From Mycoplasmatota bacterium (lineage in GTDB: Bacteria; Bacillota_I; Bacilli_A; Mycoplasmatales; MT37): DNA of 64,000 nucleotides. Below, piece after piece: positions 10,724 through 23,929 of this stretch (positions are counted from its first letter, which is position 1; each line of letters begins with the position of its first letter). Where the stretch lies: positions 44,486 to 108,485 of the forward strand of contig CP138194.1 in assembly GCA_033560715.1 (NCBI GenBank). Direction: 5' to 3'. A program made the position numbers and the translations under genes. The notes beneath the pieces are model-generated. The model saw only the letters and a program-made list of their open reading frames with translations, made no database searches and was not told the DNA's origin.

Positions 10724-12328
10724 ATGCATAAAACAAAAAAAAATTCAGTTTTTTCTGATGTTGGTTTCATTTTTTCATTAATCGGAGCAGCAGTTGGATT
10801 AGGAAATATTTGACGTTTCCCTAATACTCTTGCACAAGATACTGGTGGAGCTGCTTTTGTAATCGTTTATTTTATTGCATTACTTTGCATTGCGCTTCCA
10901 ATTACTTTATTGGAAATGAATTACGGTTTATTTTTCCGGCGTGGTATTATTGATATCTTCCGTAAAACGGTACCAAAATTTGGACGTTTTATCGGTTGAA
11001 AACAAACCTTAATTTTATGTTCAATTGGTTTATATTATTTAGTAGTTTTAACTTGAGTGGGAGTTAGTTTAGCAAGCTCAATTATTCCAAGTGTGTTTTC
11101 AAATTGAGGAAAAGATGCAAATTGATTCAACACAAACATTCTTAAAAGCGATGCTTCATCATTAAAGTTTTCTTGACCAATTTTAGCTGGTGGTCTATTT
11201 TTTATCGTTTTAATTGTGGTCGTTTTATCATTCGGAATTCGTTCAGGATTAGAAAAGTTAAATTTAATCGTTGTTCCCAGTTTGTTTATTGGCTTAATTG
11301 GTTTGACAATTTACACTTTAACGTTAAAAAATGCGAGCATGGGAATTGATCGTATTTTTAATTTCAAAGCAGAAAACTTTAAAAAGATTTCAGTTTGATC
11401 GCAAGCGATTAAACAAGTTGTTTTCTCAACTGGAATTTTGATGGGAATTTTAATTGTTTTTTCTAGTTCGTCATCAAAATTTATGGATAAAGGCAATCAA
11501 GCATTTATTGTTTTATTAGCAGATACACTAATTGGTTTTATTGCTGGAATTTTCGTGATGGGAATTATCGCTAATCAAGCGACAAACGATGTTCTTAAAG
11601 TTGACAAATTTGCCGATAAAACACAAATTACCGCAAAAATGAATGAACTAATTAAAAATCAAAGCCGTGGTCCGACTTTAATTTTTTCTTTCTTACCGAT
11701 CTTTTTTTATGAACTGGGAATAAAGCTTGATTTTCCGATGTTTGGCCAAATTTTAATGTTTATTTTTATGTTAACGTTATTATTTGCTGCAATTTCTTCA
11801 TTAATCGCTTTAGTAGAAGTATTTTTAAATGCTTTAGAAAACAACTTTACCTTTTCACGTTTAAAAACGCTTTTAATTTGAAGTATTCTAGCAATTGGTG
11901 CACTAATTTTATATAGTTTTTCATTCGGCTCGAAACTGATTGATTTACAAGATAGTTTGCTTTTATGATTAATTGTTATCATCGGTGTTTTTGAAACAAT
12001 ATTTTTTCCGCTTTGTAAACAATATACGGAAATTGTCAAAGCCAATGATCCTTATACATTTTTAAAAATTGGTAAATTTAATTGATTAAAATACACATTA
12101 TGATTTTTAGTTACTCCACTATTATTACTAATTGTCGCAATTGATTTCTTAGTTATTTTTTCACCATGATTAAATATAACAATATCAAAAGAAATTCTTA
12201 CTCCAATAGCTTACAAATCAATTCAAACATCAACAATTATTATCTCGTTTTCATTAATTGGAATTGTATTTTTATCAACCTTAGGGTTAACTTGTTACCA
12301 AAATTATCAAGTAAAAAAGTTACATTAA
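10724..12328 (+). CDS. sodium-dependent transporter, NSS/SNF family (copy 2)
   Basis: GAAVGLGNIWRFP signature. Fragments 11216 and 11438 are in frame with ATG 10724. Stop TAA 12326-12328. Confidence 0.85.
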
Positions 12329-12335
12329 TTGCATC

Positions 12336-13973
12336 ATGCAACCTTTAAGTGCTAATCAACGTTTTAAAATTTGATTAAATTCACCGTCAATTAGCGCTAA
12401 TGATAAAGATCAATTACAAAAATTAGATTCGAAAACAATTAATAATCGCTTTAATCAATCAATTCAAATGAATAATTCAGGTTGGAGACGACCGATTGGA
12501 TTAGGAAGTGATTTGTTTAATCTTTATACAATTAAACAAATTGCCTTTGCTTGATTTAGCTTATTAAAAAAAACTATTCCTAAGGCACGTATTTTAGTAT
12601 TTACCGATCAAAGAAACATGAGTACAGAAGCAAAAATGACATGTATTACGGTTGCTGCTTCATTAAATTTACCAGTTTATACATTTTCCGATCGTGATCG
12701 TTTCACTCCAACACCGTTTTTAACTTATTTATTAAAACATCATAATTTTGATGGTGGAATTATGATCACTGCGAGTCATTGTCCGGTTAATTATAATGGT
12801 TGTAAACTGTTTGATAAAAACGGCGTTGGAATTACAGGTAAAACGCTTAATGAATTTAATCAATTACTATCAAGTAATTACAAAACTTTTTTAAATACAC
12901 CAATTAAACCACAATCAGCAAAATTACTATTAAATTCTTATAAAACGAAATATGCTCAAGTTCAAAATAATTTTTTTCAACCATTTGCTATTCAACCAAA
13001 AATAATTGCGTTATTTTTTACTGCATTACACGGAACAGCAACCAACTGAACTGATCATTTTTTAAAACAACGTGGTTTTTCAGTATTTTCATCGTCATTT
13101 CAAAATGATTTTGATCAAAACTTTTCGACTTTAAAAGATCTTAATCCTGAAAATGATCAAATTTTTAACGTGCTTAAAAACGAAATTAAATCACTTCCGA
13201 AATCAAATGGATCACTTATTATTGCCAATGATTGTGATGGTGATCGTGTCCGAATTGGTGTTTATCAAGCAAAAAAATGACTATTATTACATGGAAATGA
13301 AGTTGCAACATGCTTAGTTTATTTTCTTTTTAATGAATTGAAACGCAAAGGAATTGTGTATCGAACGTGAGTTTCTTCTCCATTAATTGATCGAATTTGT
13401 CAATTTTATTCTCAACCAATTTTAACTACTGAAACAGGACCAATTAATTTAGCAACCAGTTATTTAAAAAATCCGCAACAATTTTTATTTGCTTTTGAAG
13501 AATCACTTGGTTATTTACCTTCTTTAAAAACAAATGTTTATAAAGATGGCATATTTACCGCACAATTTTTAGCAGAAGCAGCTAATTATTTAATGCATCA
13601 ACAAAAAATCACTTTATGAGATTATTTACAACAAATCTATAATCGATTTGGTTATTACACTTATGATCAAGTTCGATTCAATTATCGTACAAAGCCACAT
13701 TTAAATTTAATGACCGTTAAAACATTTTTTCAAAATCAAACAACTATTAATCAATTTCAAATTATTAAACAACATTATTTACCAACCACAACCAATTTAC
13801 GTTTAATTATATTTGAATTAAAAAATCAAAATCGAATTGCGTTGCGATTTTCGGCAACCGAACCGGTGTTTAAAATTTATTTTACAAGTGTCGCTAAATC
13901 GATGCGCGTCAGTCAATTACAATTAATTGAAATTAAGCATGCTTTTTTACAAAATTTAGATAAAATTAAATAG
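12336..13973 (+). CDS. phosphoglucomutase/phosphomannomutase family protein
   Basis: GGIMITASHCP phosphoserine-loop motif. Fragments 12618 and 13710 are in frame with ATG 12336. Confidence 0.8.
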
Positions 13974-13992
13974 TATCAATAAAAGTAATTGA

Positions 13993-14613
13993 ATGTTAAA
14001 TTTTAATCAAAAAAGTGGAATATTAGAAGTTATCAGTGGGTGTATGTTTGCTGGTAAAACCGAAACATTAATTCGTCGTGTACGAGTTTTAAGTATTAAT
14101 CGAAAAGTTACGATTTTTAAACCAGTTTTTGATAAACGAAATATGAATAATGTTAGTTTTACATCAGTTCAATCACACGGTAATAATTCGATTCCAGCAA
14201 TTGCAATTACGAGTCTTAACCATTTAAAAAATCATTTAAAAACTAATCAATATGATGTAATTGCATTTGATGAAATGCAATTTTTCCCCCCTGAATTTGC
14301 TTACTATCTTGATCAACTTGCCCAAAACGGCCAAAAAATTATTTGCGCTGGATTAGATAAAGGTTTTAATGATCAATTCTTTACAACAATGATGATTTTA
14401 TTATCATTTGCCGATATTGTTATAAAATTGCACGCAATTTGTTTTAAATGCGGATATTTAGCATCAAAAACACAACGAATTGATCCAGTAACACGCCAAG
14501 AACTTGCGCCAAAAATGGTTCAAAATGTCATTGGTGGTTCTGATGTTTATGAAGCGCGTTGCCGTGTTTGTTTTAAATTCTTTCCGCAAAACGATATTTA
14601 CGCAAAAATTTAA
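13993..14613 (+). CDS. tdk: thymidine kinase (TK1 type), copy A
   Basis: Uninterrupted 206-aa ORF with GCMFAGKTE P-loop, FDEMQFF and zinc knuckles CFKC/CRVC. Confidence 0.9.
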   Translation: MLNFNQKSGILEVISGCMFAGKTETLIRRVRVLSINRKVTIFKPVFDKRNMNNVSFTSVQSHGNNSIPAIAITSLNHLKNHLKTNQYDVIAFDEMQFFPPEFAYYLDQLAQNGQKIICAGLDKGFNDQFFTTMMILLSFADIVIKLHAICFKCGYLASKTQRIDPVTRQELAPKMVQNVIGGSDVYEARCRVCFKFFPQNDIYAKI

Positions 14614-14654
14614 ATTTATTTGGTAAAATAATATAATAAAAATAAATATAATTT

Positions 14655-15068
14655 ATGCCTACAATTAACCAATTAACACGCAAAGGTCGAAAACGCAAAA
14701 TTGTTAAACCATCAACACCTGTTTTACGTTTTTGAAAGAATAATTTACATAAAAGTAATAAAACGTTGGTTTCACCGCAAAAACGTGGTGTTTGTGTTAA
14801 GGTTGGAACTTTAACACCGAAAAAACCCAATTCCGCTTTACGTAAATATGCACGTGTTTTGCTTTCAAACGGCAAAGAAGTAACCGCTTATATTCCTGGC
14901 GAAGGTCACAACTTACAAGAACACTCAACTGTCTTAGTTTGTGGTGGTCGTGTTCCAGACTTAAACAGTGTTAACTATAAAGTTGTTCGTGGCGTTTTAG
15001 ATACCGCTGGTGTTCAAAATCGGCGTTCTTCGCGTTCACGTTACGGTGTAAAAAAACCAAAAAACTAA
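14655..15068 (+). CDS. rpsL: 30S ribosomal protein S12
   Basis: MPTINQL..., [18 protein letters not shown] 14655 joins ORF 14766-15068 through one TGA. Confidence 0.95.
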
Positions 15069-15075
15069 TATTATC

Positions 15076-15549
15076 ATGCGTAAACCGATTAAAGATCATA
15101 AAAAACGAATTCTTCAACCAGACTCATTATATAAATCATTACTTTTAACAAAAATGATTAATATGATTATGATTGGTGGTAAAAAACAAATCGCATCTAA
15201 AATTGTTTATACTGTGCTTGATCGAATTAGCTCAACGCAAAATAAATCACCATTATTATTTTTACAACAAGCAATCGATAACATTAAACCGCAAGTTGAA
15301 TTAAAATCACGTAAAATTGGTGGTGCCAATTATCAAGTACCCGTTTTAGTTAGCGTTGAACGACAAGAAACTTTAGCTTTACGTTGATTAATTGAAGCAG
15401 CAAATAAAAATCACACCAAAACCTTTATTAAAAGTTTAGAAACTGAAATTATTAATTCTTTTAATAAAGAAGGTGGCGCAATTAAAAAGAAACTTAATAT
15501 TCAAAAAATGGCAGAAGCAAACAAAGCTTTTTCACATTTTTCATGATAA
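15076..15549 (+). CDS. rpsG: 30S ribosomal protein S7
   Basis: Sits between S12 and EF-G. GGANYQVPV motif. Ends ...SHFSW then TAA 15547-15549. Confidence 0.95.
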
Positions 15550-15555
15550 TTGACA

Positions 15556-17655
15556 ATGCAAAAAAAACTAGACTTATTAAGAAATATTGGGATTATGGCA
15601 CACATTGATGCCGGAAAAACCACAACAACTGAACGAATCTTATTTTTAACCGAAAAAATTAATCGCGTTTACAATGTTGACGATGGAAAAACGCAAATGG
15701 ATTGAATGGCACAAGAAAAAGAACGTGGCATTACAATCACAGCGGCAGCAACGATTGTGGAATGAAAAAAACCAGATACACCTAAACACACGATTAATAT
15801 TATTGATACACCAGGCCATGTTGATTTTACCGTTGAAGTTGAACGTTCATTACGAGTTTTAGATGGTGCAGTTGCAGTATTAGATGCTCAAGTCGGTGTT
15901 GAACCACAAACCGAAACAGTTTGAAGACAAGCAGCAAAACACGATGTCCCGCGAATCTTTTTTTTAAATAAAATGGATAAATTAGGTGCTAATGCATTTA
16001 ACGCGATAGCAACAATTCGTGCACGATTAAATGTTGAACCGTGTTTAATTCAATTACCAATTGGTGCTGAAAGTAATTTTCGTGGCATTATTGATCTTAT
16101 TGAAATGAAACAGTACATTTACACTGGTAATCAACCAAATGAAGAAACTAAAGTAACTGAAATTGATCCAGCATTTCAAGCTGATGCTCAAAAATGACAC
16201 ACAAAAATTTTAGAACAATTATCACATTTTGATGATCAAATTATGATGGCGTTTTTAGAAGGTGAAACCATTCCAAGTGAAAAAATTCGTCAAACATTAC
16301 GAAAAGCAACTTTACAAGCTAAATTATTCCCCGTTTTATTAGGAACCGCTTTTAAAAACAAAGGGGTTAAATTTGTTTTAGATGCGATCATTGATTATTT
16401 ACCATCACCATTAGATATCAAACCAAAAATTGCTTTAAATGCTAAATCGGAAGAAGTTTTAATTCAACCTGATGTTAATGCGCCTTTCGTTGGATTAGTT
16501 TTTAAATTAATGACCGATCCCTTTGTTGGTAAAATGGCGTTTTGTCGTATTTATTCCGGAACTTTAAAATCTGGTTCATACGTTATTAACTCTAATAATC
16601 AAACCAAAGAACGAATCGGACGATTAATTCAAATTCATTCTAATAGTCGTACTGATATTAATGAAGCATCAGCTGGTGATATTGTTGGGATCATCGGTTT
16701 AAGAAAAACTATTACCGGTGAAACGATCACAGCGTTAGGTCAAGATTTAATCTTAGAAAAAATGGATTTTCCTGAACCCGTTATTTCCTTAGCTTTGGAA
16801 CCAAAAACAAAAGCTGATCAAGAGAAAATGAGTTTATCATTGCAAAAGCTAGCCGAAGAAGATCCTACATTTCGTGCCCAAATGAATTATGAAACTAATC
16901 AAATGGTAATTTCTGGTATGGGAGAATTACATTTAGAAATTATTGTTGATCGTTTAAAACGTGAATTTCGCGTTGATGTTAATGTTGGAAATCCACAAGT
17001 TTCCTATCGTGAAACAATTCGTCAAACAGTTGAAACCGAAGGTAAATACATTCGTCAATCTGGTGGACGTGGTCAATATGGACATGTTTTGATCAAATTT
17101 GAATCTAATTTTCAAAAAGGAAATGAGTTTGTTAATAAAATTACCGGTGGAAAAATTCCGCGTGAATACATTAAACCGATTAAAGATTCATTATTAGATA
17201 ATATGGATCGTGGTATCATTGCCGGTTATCCAATTGTTGATTTAAAAGCAACTTTATACGATGGTTCATTCCATGAAGTTGATTCATCGGAATTTGCTTT
17301 CAAAGCGGCTGCCGCTTTGGCTTTACAAACAATTAAAGAACACATTCCAATTTTAATTTTAGAACCAATTATGAAAGTAGTCGTAACTACTCCTAAAGAA
17401 TATTACGGTGATGTCATTGGTGATCTAGCATCACGACGTGCTAAAGTTGAAACGACAACTGAAACACACGGTTTGCAAAACATTACTGCCTTTGTTCCTT
17501 TACAAGAAATGTTTAATTACGCAACCAATTTACGTTCATTTACCCAAGGACGTGGTAATTACGTAATGCAATTTTCTAATTATTCAAAAGCACCTGAAAG
17601 CATCAGTCAAGAAATTATTAAAAATAGTAATTTTACAATTCGAAAAAGTAATTAA
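15556..17655 (+). CDS. fusA: elongation factor G
   Basis: [15 protein letters not shown] and [11 protein letters not shown] 15703-15705 sits at the conserved Trp of QMDWM. Fragments 15973 and 16243 are in frame. Confidence 0.97.
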
Positions 17656-17656
17656 A

Positions 17657-18196
17657 TTAACGAATAAACGTTTTTTTATCCCAATCATAAATTCGAGAAG
17701 CATTTTGTTTACGTGGTGATTTCAAGACAATAAAATCAACCTTATTTTCTCATTTTTGCACTGAATCAAGATCATTGATTGGTGGTTTTTGATTATAATT
17801 GCAACTTGTAGCAATCAAAGGACCGGTTGCTAATAAAATAGTTTGCAATCATTTTCATTTAACAACACGAATTGCTAAATATAGTGTTGTTCAAATAGTG
17901 TTTTTAAAAGCATTGGGATGCTTTTTTTTTAAAATTAGTGTGGTTGGAACTGATTGTTGATTGTGTCATTCAATCATTTTATTATTAACAACAACTAAAC
18001 TTGCTGCTTGTTTTCAATTTGCAACTAAAATAATGGGCGCTTTTTTTAATGAACGTTTTTTTAATTGATAAATTTTTTTAATTTCAGCTTGATTTTGATA
18101 ATAGGTAACTAATCCATAAATTGTATCAGTTGGTATAATAGCAATTGTTTTTTGTTTTAATTTATTAATAATACTGGTTTTATTTGTTAGAATCAT
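17657..18196 (-). CDS. tsaC: L-threonylcarbamoyladenylate synthase (YrdC/TsaC family)
   Basis: IIPTDTIYGL motif. ORF 18014-18196 extends through TGA codons to TAA at 17657-17659. Convergent with fusA. Confidence 0.8.
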
Positions 18197-18812
18197 AATA
18201 AATAAAAATAAAGCGATGCAATTGATTATAATCCTTTTGGGTTAAAATGTACGAGTTTGGTAAATATTTTTTTGCTAATTCAACCACTTGTTGTTTTTGT
18301 TGATTACCAATTTCAAGCGCAATTAAATAACGTGGTTTTAAAAACGATTTTACTTGTTTTAGCATTGTTTCAATGTATTTTAAACCATCATGACCACCAA
18401 ATAAAGCTTCATAAGGATCATTTTGTAACACTTCGCTTTCAACCGTTTCAGTTGTTTTTAAATACGGTAAATTAGCAATAATAACGCTATATTTTAATTT
18501 TATATGATTAAATAAATTACTTTTTCAACAGTTAATTACTAGTTTTAATTTTTTTTGATTTAATTTTACGTTTTCGATTGCTTTTTCATTAATATCAACT
18601 GCATCAATTTGTCAGTCAGGTAAAAGATTTTTTAATGATAAAGCAATGACACCACTTCCAACTCCGATTTCTAAAATTCGATCACTCGTTTTAAATCAAG
18701 TTTGAATATAACGATAAGTTAAATCAACTAATTGTTCAGTTTCAAACCGCGGACGAAAAACATCATTATTAATAATAAAAGTGTGACGATAAAAATATTT
18801 TTTTTTATTCAT
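18180..18812 (-). CDS. prmC: release-factor glutamine methyltransferase (HemK), short form
   Basis: SAM-binding motif ILEIGVGSGVI and substrate motif IIANLPY. Lies directly downstream of prfA. Confidence 0.8.
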
Positions 18813-18817
18813 GAAAT

Positions 18818-19867
18818 TTATTTGGTTTGTAATTTTTTGATAATTTTATCTAAATTACCGTTCATAATTTGTTCAATACCACTAAAATTTGTTTTGATAC
18901 GATGATCAGTGATCCGATTTTGTGGATAATTATAAGTTCGAATTTTTTCACTTCGTATTCCGGTTCCGATTTGTTCTTTTCGCATTTGAAGATTTTCACT
19001 TGCGATTTTTTCTTGTTGCATTTTATATAAACGTGCCCGTAAAACTTCTAAAGCTCGTTCTTTATTATCGTGTTGTGATCGACCATCTTGGCAACTAACA
19101 GTTAATCCGGTGGGAATATGAACGATTCGAACAGCTGAATCGGTGGTATTAACTGATTGACCACCCGCACCACTACTGCGAAACGTATCAATTCTTAAAT
19201 CTTTTAATGCTAACGGAAATTCATTTTCTGCCATTTTTTTCAAAACCGCAACTGTAATTGTTGAAGTGTGAACTCGTCCTTGAGTTTCGGTTTTTGGTAC
19301 TCTTTGAACACGATGAACCCCAGCTTCATATTGTAAATTATTGTATGCTTGAGGATTATCGATTGATAAAACAACATAGTTATAACCACCACTTTCATTT
19401 TGTCGTTGTTCGAAAAATCGATATTTTCATTTATTTTTTTTAAAATACGTTAAATACATTTGTAATACATCGCCGACAAAAAGACTTGCTTCTGCACCAC
19501 CACTTGCGGAACGTAATTCCATAATAGTGCTTTTATTATCGGTTGGCGGATTTTGATATTCGTCTCATCATTTTTGAATTTTTTGATCAATTTTTACAAT
19601 TAGATTTTGAATTTTGATTTGTTCTTTTTCCGCATCAATTTTTAATTGCGGATCTTTTTTAGCTAATTGTTTTCATTCCGCAATCGTTTCGAGTAAATTA
19701 TTTTTTTGTTCGATTAATTTTCCACCCGGAATTAATGGTTTAATTTTTCGTGCAAGATCAGTATAAACATCAATTTGTTTGATGATGTTTGGATCTTTTA
19801 ATTTTTTCGTTAAATCTAAATAAGTTTTAAAAGCACGCTCAATTTGCTTATCGTTTGTTTTATTCAT
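18818..19867 (-). CDS. prfA: peptide chain release factor 1
   Basis: SGAGGQSVN (GGQ) and RVQRVPKTETQGRVHTS. Fragments 18818 and 19673 are in frame. Start MNKTNDK at 19865-19867. Confidence 0.9.
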
Positions 19868-20459
19868 CTTCTGAAAATCAAACAAAACATCGATTACAAC
19901 GCGCTTCATAAAAATTGGCACCACCAATTAAAATTTTTGGTTTGTAAGTGTTAATTGCGTTTTGGTTTGAATCAACTCTTTGTGTTCGTGTGGCAATTGA
20001 ATTACATTTCATGCAAATAGCACTTAATTTATAAATAATATCTGCCTGTACTAATAATCGTGCCATTAAACCAACGTATTGACCATAAAAATCTTTATCC
20101 ATTCCGGCACAAATTACGATTTTTTTGCTCATAATTAGTTTTAAAATATCAGAAAAAAACGTTTTTGAGAAAAATTGCACCTCATCAAAACAAACCGCAT
20201 CATATTGAGTTTGGTTTAAAATTGCTCACATTTCTTCTTCATTTGCAATCACATGTGTTTTGATACTTCGTTGATTATGTGAAACAATTTTATTTTCACT
20301 ATATCGTTGCGCTAATTTTGGTAAAAACACCGCAACATTTTTTTGTGCTCGTCTTAAAATATTAATTTGACGAATTAATTCTTCGGTTTTTCCCGCAAAC
20401 ATTGGCCCACAAATTACTGTTAACATGCCAGTTTGCATAATTGCAATATTATTAATCAT
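19860..20459 (-). CDS. tdk: thymidine kinase (TK1 type), copy B
   Basis: GPMFAGKTE, FDEVQFF, CMKC/CNRC. Fragments 19878 and 20226 are in frame through TGA. Sits in the conserved position upstream of prfA. Confidence 0.9.
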
Positions 20460-21402
20460 TTTCGACCTTCATTTTAATTACATTAATTAAATTTTCCACT
20501 TGATTTCAATTTTTTAATTTGATTCCACTTGCTAAACGGTGACCACCACCATTAAATTGAATTGCAATTGAATTGACATCAACTTTTTTACTTCTTAACG
20601 AACAATTAATTAAACCATTTTCTTTAAATTGTAAAAACGTGGCACAAACTTTAGTATTATCGATATTTTTCAAAAAATGTAAATAACGTTTGAATTGATG
20701 CGTTTCTGTCACTCAAGGTAATTTTTTTTGATTTTCCGGTTTAAAAATAAAATATTTAAATTTTTTCGCATCAATATAATTTTCTTGAAAAAACCGAAAA
20801 GTCGCAACATCTTCACTACTTAAATGATTAATTTTATTGTGAATTTCAACTAATTGCGCTTTTTTTGCAAGTAAATACCCGCAAATGTAAAGAGTTCGTG
20901 ATTTAGTTGAATTAAATTTCAAATTTCCGGTATCAGTAATAATACCAGTTAATAATGCATTAGCAATTTCTTGATTTCATTTTCATCCTTGTCAAATAAA
21001 AAGTACTGCTAACATTTCGCAAACTGAACCGTATTTTTCTTCGATTCAATATCCAATATTAGGTGATAAATTTTCTGGTTTATAAATATGATGATCAATT
21101 AAAACTAGATTTTTAGCGTGTTGAAGTTCAGGATAATCAGTTCTTGATCAGTGATTAACGTCAACTAAAATAATTAAATCTTTTTTAAGTGCATTTTGAT
21201 CGGGAGTTGGATCATTTGGATAAGTATTAAATAATCATTTAGTTTGTGCTTTTTTGATCGGTGCGAAAACTTTTTTGCCAGGAAAATTATTTTTGATCAT
21301 TGCTTTTACAGCACTTTGCGCCCCTAAACAATCCCCATCTGGATTGTTGTGCCCAAAAACATAAATGGTTTTATGTTTTTTAATTAAATGAATAATTCGC
21401 AT
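20452..21402 (-). CDS. nrnA: DHH/DHHA1 phosphoesterase (NrnA-like nanoRNase/pAp phosphatase)
   Basis: GHNNPDGDCLGA, LIDHH and GGGHRLASG motifs. 316 aa when read through TGA codons. Confidence 0.75.
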
Positions 21403-21474
21403 TCATTTTTTGTTCTTTTTTAATAAAAAGCAAATTCGATCTTTCGTAATCATGATCAGATAACTATGATAATT

Positions 21475-22818
21475 TTAATATTTAAGTGTTTTAAAGCCGC
21501 GATAAAACGAAATAAGATCCCGAATGTTTTCAACACCAGTTAGATACATTAAAAATCGATCAAAACCGAATCCAAATCCAACTGAAGGAGCATATCCATA
21601 TTTTCGAAGATTTAAATATCACGCTAAATTTTGTTTATCTAGTTGTAATTGTTCCACCCTTCTATTTATTTTTTCGTATTCAATTTCTCTGACCCCACCA
21701 CCAACAACTTCACCAATGTGGGGAAATAAAATATCAAAACCAGCAACAGTTGCTTGATCTTGATTTATTTTCATATAAAATGCCTTTTGTTCGATTGGAT
21801 AATCATAAACAACAACTGGTTTTTTGAAGATGTTTTCACATAAATATTTTTCATATGGTTTTGTTAATTCATCACCAAATTTAATTTTATTGTTAAAATT
21901 AGTTGCTAATTTTTGAATTGCTTCACGATAACTAATTTTGACAAAATCAACTGCGATTAAATTTTGAATTCTGGCAATTAAATCAATTTCACCCTTTTTT
22001 GCTAAATATTGTAAAGCAGTTTTTTGGGTTGTCAAAACAGTTTTGGCAATTGCTTTCATTAAATCAATTGCAAGCTCAATTCCGTCTGTTAATGATCCAA
22101 AAGCAATTTCCGGTTCAACCATTCAAAATTCAGATGCATGAAATCTTGTATTACTTTTTTCGGCTCGAAAAGTTGGACCAAAAGTATAAACATGTTTAAA
22201 ACTTTGGGCAAACACTTCGGCATGCAATTGTCCACTAACAGTTAATCGACTTTCTTTACCAAAAAACCACTTTTTATCAGTTAATTGATCATTAACTAAA
22301 AATGCTTCTCCACCACCTTCACAATCGTTTTCAGTGATGATTGGTGCATGTAATAAATGAAATTGGCGATTTTGAAAAAATTGATTAACGCTTTGAATAC
22401 AACTTTGACGAATAAAATTAATTGCTTGAAAATATGTACTATGTGTTCTTAAATGTGAATGTTCGCGCATAAATTCTAAAGTATGATTTTTCTTTTGCAA
22501 CGGATAATCATTAGATGCTTCATTTAAAATCACAACTTTTTTTGCAATCACTTCATATTTTTGTTCACTTTTTAAACTTTTTTGTAAAACACCAACGATA
22601 TCGATTGCACTGTGTGGATTAATTTTGGCAATTTTAGCAAAATTATCTAGAACAGTTTTTTTACAAACAATTTGTAAATTTTCTAGACAACTTCCATCGT
22701 TTAAAACGATAAAAGCTATTTGATTATTAGCACGATTATATTTTACTCAACCGCCAATTTGGATAATTTTTCCTAGTTTTTTATCACCAAGATTTAAGAT
22801 ATTAAAAATGGTTTTCAT
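21475..22818 (-). CDS. asnS: asparaginyl-tRNA synthetase
   Basis: Class II motifs [21 protein letters not shown] and GFGFGFDR. Fragments 21619 and 22123 are in frame. Confidence 0.9.
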
Positions 22819-22832
22819 TTATTACTATTATA

Positions 22833-23879
22833 TTACTTAAACCCAACAAAAAAATTACCATGTGTCTCTTGAGTTGATCAAACCGAGATAAAAGCATGCG
22901 GATCAACCTTTTTTACGATATTAACAACGACATTTTTTTCCAAAAAAGTTGATGTAATAAAAATACAATCAACTGATTTTTTTTCATACAAACCAACCGC
23001 TTTAATTACAGTTGCAGTTCGTTTAAAATTTTTTAATAAAATTTTTTCAATGCTTGTTAATTGTTTAGAAATAATAACAATTGTTACAATTGCAAATTTT
23101 GGGTAAAAATAATCTAATACAAACGAATAGGAATAAGCAAAAATTGCTGAATTAATGATAAAGAAAAAAATGTAAATTGGATTTTTGCCAATTTTTTCGT
23201 TTTTTAAAACGATTGTATTTAAAAGAATGTTTAAAATCACAACCACACAACTAACCGGAATCGTTAATGAACTTAGTGTTCGTCGTTTTTTAATCGCTAA
23301 ATAAGTGTAAACAATATCAAAACCACCACCACTAATGTTTCGTTTTCATAAAAAACTGGTAATAAATCCCATTAAAACTCCCGCAACTAGTGCAGTCAAA
23401 TAAAACTCAACTTTTGTTGCTCGTTTTCCATCAAATTTATCTGTGATATGAGTTTCGAGTTTTTCAAAAAAATTTTGTAATTGCGAATCGTTAATATTGA
23501 AAAATAAACCTCATAAGGTATACATAATAATTGAAAACATTGTTCAAAATGCGTATTTACGACCAATTTTAAAAAACGCAAAAACTAAAAGTGGAGCGTT
23601 AATTATCAAACCAATTAAATAGAAAGTAAGCATTTCGAGTTTAAATGGTCCACCGATATTAGTAAAAACGCCTTGTTCTTGTAATGTATAAGTTATTGTT
23701 TGTGGAATTCAATATAAACCAGGAATGTAAATTTTAACTTTTACAATGTTTTGATAAACAAATGAACCAATAAAACTTAACCCGATAATAAGACAAATAT
23801 TAATAATAATTTCTTTTTTTGTCGTGATTTTAAATTGGTTTAAAAAACTTTGTTTAGCGATAATAATTTTATTATTCAT
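22833..23879 (-). CDS. YitT-family membrane protein (DUF2179 C-terminal domain)
   Basis: Multi-TM N-terminal half plus a soluble C-terminal domain (ATVIKAVGLYEKK...VDPHAFISVW). 348 aa with TGA read as Trp. Confidence 0.65.
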
Positions 23880-23929
23880 GAAATTGATTTTTAAAATTTA
23901 ATATTCTTATAAAGAATAACATTTTTTTA

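Noticed and set aside
19270-19330. RF1 reads PKT where the textbook tripeptide is PAT or PVT.
   Set aside because: The middle residue of the PxT motif is variable among bacteria. The GGQ motif and the rest of the domain look normal.
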